Below, piece by piece: positions 58,805 through 64,000 of a stretch of DNA of 64,000 bases. Source of the stretch: Bacteroidales bacterium (lineage in GTDB: Bacteria; Bacteroidota; Bacteroidia; Bacteroidales; VadinHA17); the NCBI GenBank assembly GCA_034521735.1, contig JAXHLX010000021.1, forward strand, positions 24,714 through 88,713, given 5' to 3'. The notes under the pieces are model-generated. The model saw nothing but the letters and a program-made list of their open reading frames with translations, was not told where the DNA came from and made no database searches. How positions within the stretch are numbered: position 1 is the stretch's first letter; every line of letters begins with the position of its first letter. Position numbers and translations under genes: made by a program.

Positions 58805-59338
58805 TTACCAGCGACCACGTCCGGGTCCATAACCTGCGCCGCATGGTCCCATGCCGCGTCCGCCATAACTGGCTGCCGCTCTTCCGCGACCAGCGCCCCT
58901 GCCTGCCGGAGCAAAATTACCTTGTCCCCTGCCGGCACCCCTGCCGTAAGCAGGTGCATTACGCAGTCCTTTCGGACCCATACCAAAATAAGTATTATTT
59001 AAATACTCCTTCTGCTCTTCGTTAAGCAAGGCTTTCACCTGCTTGATATGCTCATTATGCTGCAAGAGCATAGTGGCACCAATCTCATTCATCTCTTCAA
59101 AGCTTTCTGCTGACTGCCTCTTAAGACGCAGTTCGTCAAGCTTCTTGCGATGGGCCTCATTCACTTCCATTATTCTTTCTTTCTGCTGTTCATCGAGTCC
59201 GGGTATATCCAGACAGAATCCCGTTGGTTGCTGAACCTGCTGGTTCCTGTTAAACCGTCCGTACTGGGCGCTGCTTATCGTTGTTACTGCAAGCACCAGT
59301 ATTGCTGTAAGTGCTATAAATCTGATTTTGTTTTTCAT
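58805..59338 (-). CDS. periplasmic Spy/CpxP (LTxxQ)-like protein with Arg/Gly-rich C-terminal tail
   Basis: Signal peptide, a helical body (LDEQQKERIMEVNEAHRKKLDELR..LNEEQKEYL), and the tail GRGAGRGQGNFAPAGRGAGRGRAAASYGGRGMGPCGAGYGPGRGRW. Confidence 0.65.
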   Translation of the reverse strand: MKNKIRFIALTAILVLAVTTISSAQYGRFNRNQQVQQPTGFCLDIPGLDEQQKERIMEVNEAHRKKLDELRLKRQSAESFEEMNEIGATMLLQHNEHIKQVKALLNEEQKEYLNNTYFGMGPKGLRNAPAYGRGAGRGQGNFAPAGRGAGRGRAAASYGGRGMGPCGAGYGPGRGRW

Positions 59339-59374
59339 GACTATTATTATTTATTTATTTATTTATATTAAACA

Positions 59375-59935
59375 TCAGTAATTATTAAAATCTCGTTGTA
59401 TCCTTCCTCCAGGTCTTCCCATGCGGCGTCCAGCCCCTCCACGGCCTCTGCCATATATCCTTCCATCAGGATCAAGCATATCCCTGAACATAAAATGCAG
59501 TCTTTCCTTCTGTATGGTGTCAGACACTGATTTAAGATTAAAGTAATAATCCATTGTCAGCTTTTTCATCTCTTCATGCAGGTCCCCGAATTCTGAGGCT
59601 ATATCATTAAGCAAAGCCGTATCCGGATCCTCCAAAGCTATCTCATCCACCATGCGGTGACGCAGCTCCCTCATCTTTTCAGACAGCTCACCGGCTTTCA
59701 TATTGAATTCCCTGTTATACTCATTAAACAGCGGGCGTTGCTCATCACGCAAACCTATCTGATTATGAAAATACCCGACCCTGTTATCCCTGGGAAGCTC
59801 AATCACGGGAGGAACTGTATACTCTTCCGTTTCGCGGTTATTAATGCTTACAGTGGTAATGATGGTTGCTGCATTGGTAACCAGCAGAAAGAGTATCACT
59901 ATTATATATATTGCCGTTTTATTCATTATCCTCAT
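59375..59935 (-). CDS. periplasmic Spy/CpxP-like protein with Arg/Gly-rich tail
   Basis: N-terminal TM/signal, a helical body (LRDEQRPLFNEYNREFNMKAGELSEKMRELRHRM), and the tail GRIYGRGRGGAGRRMGRPGGRI. Confidence 0.65.
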   Translation of the reverse strand: MRIMNKTAIYIIVILFLLVTNAATIITTVSINNRETEEYTVPPVIELPRDNRVGYFHNQIGLRDEQRPLFNEYNREFNMKAGELSEKMRELRHRMVDEIALEDPDTALLNDIASEFGDLHEEMKKLTMDYYFNLKSVSDTIQKERLHFMFRDMLDPDGRIYGRGRGGAGRRMGRPGGRIQRDFNNY

Positions 59936-60356
59936 ATTTTAACAGAAAGAAGCTCTCAATAGGTTCCTGGTACATATCATTAAGGTAATAAACCTCATCA
60001 CTGAACTCACTTACCTTATTTTCACCAGGTACCGTGGTCACCTTTGCTATATTAATCCCTGAAAAAACACCCAGTATGATAATAGCCGCAGCTGCAGCAT
60101 AGCGCAGTATACCTGTTAAGGTGATTGTCTTTGCCTCCTCTTTTTTCATCCCCTCTATCACCCTGTCAGCAAAAGTCTTATCTTCTTCCACCTTTTTTTC
60201 CTGACTTATTACATCAAGGCTGGCCTTCAGCATATCAGCAAAGGCTGAACAATCTTCACATATGAGCAGATGCTCATCCACTGCCTTTCTTTTTTCCTCA
60301 TCGAGACTGCCCTCAATGAAAAAAATCAGATCCTTATGTATTTTGCTGCAATCCAT
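59919..60356 (-). CDS. anti-sigma factor (zf-HC2 type), single TM
   Basis: MDCSKIHKDLIFFIEGSLDEEKRKAVDEHLLICEDCSAF, followed by one TM. The ORF-track start is 60386. Confidence 0.75.
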   Translation of the reverse strand: MDCSKIHKDLIFFIEGSLDEEKRKAVDEHLLICEDCSAFADMLKASLDVISQEKKVEEDKTFADRVIEGMKKEEAKTITLTGILRYAAAAAIIILGVFSGINIAKVTTVPGENKVSEFSDEVYYLNDMYQEPIESFFLLKYEDNE

Positions 60357-60407
60357 TTTTTTGTTCTTTCTATTAATTTGACACAAATGATTATTAAAAC
60401 TTGCGCT

Positions 60408-60986
60408 CTATTGCATGTTTTTTTCATAATAATCGTACAGATGCTTCTGAAGATTCCTTTTTGCCCTGAAAAGCAAGGATTCAACCGATGAAATACTATT
60501 TTTCATGATAGCGGCAATCTCACTATAGCTCATATCTTCATACTTGCTCAACACAAAAGCCGTTCTCTGTGACTCCGGCAGTCTCTCCACGGCACTGTGC
60601 AATGCCATGGCATGATCCTTTTGCATCAGGCGGCTGTCAGCTGAATCATCATTATCCCTACCCTCAATCTCAGCTGTTAAAGCATAATCATCATGATTTT
60701 TTTTAGACCTGTCCCTTACAAAATTGATAGACTTATTAACTGCAATACGATAAATCCATGTGGATAGTGATGAACGGCCTTTAAACCTGCCTACAGAACG
60801 GAAAACCTCAATGAAGACATCCTGTGCCAGGTCTTCAGCATCATCTGCTGATCCGGTAAAACCCCTGCACAGCCTGACAACGGGCTCCCTGTACTTAGCA
60901 ATAATATGCCTGTATGCACTGTCCTCACCATCAATGAGGGCATTGATTATTTGTTTCTCGCTATTATCACTATTTACGATATTCAC
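60408..60986 (-). CDS. RNA polymerase ECF-type sigma-70 factor
   Basis: Region 2 (YRHIIAKYREPVVRLC..DLAQDVFIEVF..TWIYRIAVNKS) and region 4 (RTAFVLSKYEDMSYSEIAAIMKNSISSVESLLFRAKRNL). Confidence 0.88.
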   Translation of the reverse strand: MNIVNSDNSEKQIINALIDGEDSAYRHIIAKYREPVVRLCRGFTGSADDAEDLAQDVFIEVFRSVGRFKGRSSLSTWIYRIAVNKSINFVRDRSKKNHDDYALTAEIEGRDNDDSADSRLMQKDHAMALHSAVERLPESQRTAFVLSKYEDMSYSEIAAIMKNSISSVESLLFRAKRNLQKHLYDYYEKNMQ

Positions 60987-61042
60987 TCAGCCTGTTTTCT
61001 GTATCTATATCACTTTGACACCGGAAACAGAAAAAAATTGCG

Positions 61043-61970
61043 CTAATCCTCGTGTTTAATCTTAAAAATTCCGGTAAAGCACCAACTATTAAGCATCCCC
61101 ATAAGAGCTAAAAAGACGAGGGATATTAAGGTCAGTGATAAAAAATCAGCCCAGGGATACACCTTCTGTTGTTCAAATAATGCGGCTGTCTGCAGGGCCG
61201 ATGACTCCTGGGTCAGGAAGATGGACAGGAAAACATTATTGGCGGTATGTGCCCCCATGGCCAGTTCAATACCGTCATCAAACACTGTCATTATACCGAA
61301 CACAAGCCCGAATATTACATATTGAGGCATCATTATCCAGAAACCGAAGATCCCTTACCTCAGGGTTAAAAGAATGCATCAGCCCAAATAGCAGGGATGT
61401 GAGTATAAGCGGCATCCACTTGTTCCTGAACCATGCCCCTGCGCCCTGCATAAGGTAAGCCCTGAAGAGCAGCTCCTCAAAGGTAGTTTGAACCGGAATA
61501 AGCAATACAGCTATCAATACCAGCCATATCAGTGATGCTGATGTATTGTTAAGTTCGAAATTGCCCGGATCACTCTTTATGCTGAAAAAAAGATATATGC
61601 CCATAAGCAGGAGCCACACCAGTGCACTCAGAAAGAACTTTTTCCATCTTATACTTCCACCCCCGTTAAACAGGCTTAAAAAAGCACGCCCGTGAAGAGG
61701 CCTGATCAAAAGGTAAAAAGTAAGTATCCCTATGATAAAAGGGAAGAGCATCAGTAATAAACCCGTATTGGGATCAATGCCGTATGCTGACAGGTCCAGG
61801 ATATTGGCACCTGCGTTGTCAAGCATCTCCGGGTTATTCAGCCCCTTGAGTATTATTACAATAATCAGGGGCAGAGCCCCGATTGTGTTGGTGGCGGCAA
61901 ACACAATCACAAACATTATCAGATAACGCCAGAATGCGTTTTTGCCCTTTAATGCCGATTCGAAAAACAT
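61043..61970 (-). CDS. CPBP family intramembrane endopeptidase, split by a 1-nt insertion near 61340-61357
   Basis: ORF 61278-61970 carries EELLFRAY and FGLMH. ORF 61043-61333 carries the following TM and HTANN. The span is 928 nt, which is 3n+1. Confidence 0.75.
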
Positions 61971-62052
61971 AAGCTGAAAAATTTATTTAATACTCTTACC
62001 TTTATTTCTGGTTTTTAATTATTCCTCCGGTGGCAACTTTTTTATTCTGTTT

Positions 62053-63630
62053 TTAAAACTCTGACCCTTCCCTGCCCGGGTAATCAATATTGTAATGCAG
62101 TCCCAGGCTCTCATGCCTGTTGGAAGCCATCTTAATAACCAGGTAGCCTACGTTAATAAGGTTACGCAGTTCGCAGAGACGGCGGCTGAGAAAAGACTTT
62201 TTATATAATTCCTCCGTTTCATAATAGATGATCTCCAGCCTTTTCCTTGCACGTTCAAGCCTGAGGTCTGACCTTACAATACCCACATAATTACTCATTA
62301 TCTCCTGCACCTCCCTGTAGTTCTGGGTGACAAGCACCATTTCTTCGGGGTGACTGGTACCCTTAAAATCCCATTCGGGCACTGAATCCATATATCCTGT
62401 CTTAACGATCTGGTCCGAGGCGTGTAACGCCGCCCTGTAAGCATAAACCACTGCCTCCATAAGTGAGTTTGAGGCAAGCCTGTTAGCACCATGCAGTCCC
62501 GTTAAGCTAGCCTCCCCTATTGCATAAAGGTTGTTTATACTGCTTTCACCATCCATACTAACCTTTATACCTCCGCACAGGTAGTGAGCTGCAGGGATAA
62601 CCGGTATAGGGTCTTTTGATATATCAATATTCAGTTTTAAGCACTCACGTGTGATATTCGGGAAATTATCCTTTAGTTCATCAGGATCAAGATGTGTGCA
62701 GTCGAGATATACAAAATCATCCCCCCTCACCTTCATCTCGTTATCAATGGCCCTGGCAACAATATCCCTGGGCGCCAGTGATCCCCTCTCATCATATCGA
62801 TCCATAAACTCCTCATCCTTAGAATTTTTAAGGACTGCACCAAAGCCCCTCAGGGCCTCTGTTATAAGGAAGGAAGGACGCGATCCCGGGTTATATAGCG
62901 AGGTAGGATGAAACTGTATAAATTCCATATTCTCTATTACCCCCTTAGCCCTGTACACCATTGCTATACCATCGCCTGTGGCAACAACAGGATTGGTTGT
63001 GGTCTTATAAAGATTACCTATACCGCCTGTGGCCAGTACGGTAACCTTTGACAATACCGTTATTACTTCATTACTGACGGTATCAAGAACATAAGCCCCA
63101 TAGCACTTTATATCCTGTCTTGACCTGGTTACATTCTCACCGAGGTGATGCTGGGTAATAATGTCAACAGCAAAATGATTTTCATATATCTCAATATTGG
63201 GATGTTCCTTCACTTTCCTGCTCAGGGTCTCCTGTATTACCTCCCCCGTGTTATCCTTATGATGAAGTATCCTGTGCTCGGTATGCCCCCCTTCCCTGGC
63301 AAGATCATACCTGCCGTCATCTTTGCGGTCAAACTTCACACCCATATCAACCATCTCCTGTATCCTTTCGGGTGCTTCAGACACCACCATCCTCACCACC
63401 TCTTCATCACAATAACCATGTCCCGCTGAAACAGTATCTCTTACATGCTTTTCAAAACTGTCAGGCCGGTACATAACAGAGGCTATCCCGCCCTGTGCAT
63501 ACTGTGTATTTGTTTCATTGATATCAACTTTGGAGATAAGTATAACCCTGCCCTTTTCCGCAGCCCTGAGTGCAAAAGATAATCCGGCTATACCGGAGCC
63601 TATCACAAGAAAATCAATTTTTCTTACCAT
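62053..63630 (-). CDS. nadB: L-aspartate oxidase
   Basis: FLVIGSGIAGLSFA FAD fold, with AQGGIA and GLHGANRLASNSLMEA; 525 aa. Confidence 0.9.
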   Translation of the reverse strand: MVRKIDFLVIGSGIAGLSFALRAAEKGRVILISKVDINETNTQYAQGGIASVMYRPDSFEKHVRDTVSAGHGYCDEEVVRMVVSEAPERIQEMVDMGVKFDRKDDGRYDLAREGGHTEHRILHHKDNTGEVIQETLSRKVKEHPNIEIYENHFAVDIITQHHLGENVTRSRQDIKCYGAYVLDTVSNEVITVLSKVTVLATGGIGNLYKTTTNPVVATGDGIAMVYRAKGVIENMEFIQFHPTSLYNPGSRPSFLITEALRGFGAVLKNSKDEEFMDRYDERGSLAPRDIVARAIDNEMKVRGDDFVYLDCTHLDPDELKDNFPNITRECLKLNIDISKDPIPVIPAAHYLCGGIKVSMDGESSINNLYAIGEASLTGLHGANRLASNSLMEAVVYAYRAALHASDQIVKTGYMDSVPEWDFKGTSHPEEMVLVTQNYREVQEIMSNYVGIVRSDLRLERARKRLEIIYYETEELYKKSFLSRRLCELRNLINVGYLVIKMASNRHESLGLHYNIDYPGREGSEF

Positions 63631-63663
63631 TGTATAATAAATGAGAAATAATGATTAGATATA

Positions 63664-63671
63664 CAAATATA
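63664..63671 (-). promoter_or_regulatory. -7 promoter box (TATATTTG on the minus strand) for nadB
   Basis: CAAATATA on the + strand, 33 nt upstream of the nadB ATG. Confidence 0.45.
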
Positions 63672-63722
63672 GGGAATCCCCGCAAGCTTTAAAATCAAAT
63701 TGTAAAAGCAAAGTATTTGGAT

Positions 63723-63730
63723 TACTTTTG
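63723..63730 (+). promoter_or_regulatory. -7 promoter box (TACTTTTG) for glyQS
   Basis: Exact TAnnTTTG match, 25 nt upstream of the ATG at 63756. Confidence 0.45.
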
Positions 63731-63755
63731 CCTGAAATATTGAAAAACAGAAAGA

Positions 63756-64000
63756 ATGGCAAAAGAAGATCTGTTCAAAAACCTCATAGCACACTGTAAG
63801 GAATATGGATTTATTTTTCAGTCGAGCGAGATATATGACGGTCTGAGTGCCGTATACGATTACGGGCAGAACGGTGCTGAGCTGAAGAATAATATCAAGA
63901 AGTACTGGTGGGACAGCATGATACTGCTTAATGAGAATGTGGTGGGACTGGATTCAGCTATCTTCATGCACCCTAAAACATGGAAGGCATCAGGCCATGT
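63756..64000 (+). CDS. glyQS: glycine--tRNA ligase (dimeric class II type), N-terminal fragment running off the right edge
   Basis: My translation reads MAKEDLFKNLIAHCKEYGFIFQSSEIYDGLSAVYDYGQNGAELKNNIKKYWWDSM..MHPKTWKASGH. Absent from the ORF track because it has no in-window stop. Confidence 0.85.
   Translation, partial: MAKEDLFKNLIAHCKEYGFIFQSSEIYDGLSAVYDYGQNGAELKNNIKKYWWDSMILLNENVVGLDSAIFMHPKTWKASGH

Overview
This window looks like a chromosomal segment of a Bacteroidota-type genome. Supporting signs are TAnnTTTG -7 promoter boxes, no Shine-Dalgarno sequences, many lipoprotein signal peptides ending in Cys, and ECF sigma/FecR/STN modules. It is mostly housekeeping and cell-envelope content. 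I can support about 55 protein genes and two tRNAs (Ala-GGC, Leu-CAA). The protein genes include hflX, purD, rplM-rpsI-rpsB-tsf, pyrH-frr, dxs, cspA-like, sdhCAB, nadB, glyQS, dusB, and a speA-like/speB/deoxyhypusine-synthase-like polyamine operon. There are also many exported peptidases (two S9, S1-like, S41, M28, M24, two CPBP), three ECF sigma modules and one hybrid sensor kinase. I found no CRISPR array, IS element, integrase or recognisable defence system. The most unusual signal is non-coding: a 103-120 nt leader module occurs four times on the minus strand. Each copy ends exactly at the ATG of an unrelated envelope-protein gene, and two copies 15.7 kb apart are 100/103 identical. Secondary observations: (1) an ECF sigma/FecR cluster whose STN-domain partner is far too short to be a TonB-dependent transporter and has a paralog just upstream; (2) an ECF/anti-sigma operon with two LTxxQ-like periplasmic proteins carrying Arg/Gly-rich tails; (3) an internally deleted Mpg glycosylase remnant; (4) a 64-bp tandem duplication of the tsf 3' end; (5) a tRNA-Leu-adjacent islet with an att-like repeat and three 23-bp-spaced repeats. 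At least six single-nucleotide indels, most at short homopolymer runs, split conserved genes (rpsB, tsf, a sensor kinase, an AAA ATPase twice, a CPBP protease). I read these as sequence-quality artefacts rather than biology. All calls rest on reading the sequence and the supplied ORF translations; no database search was possible.
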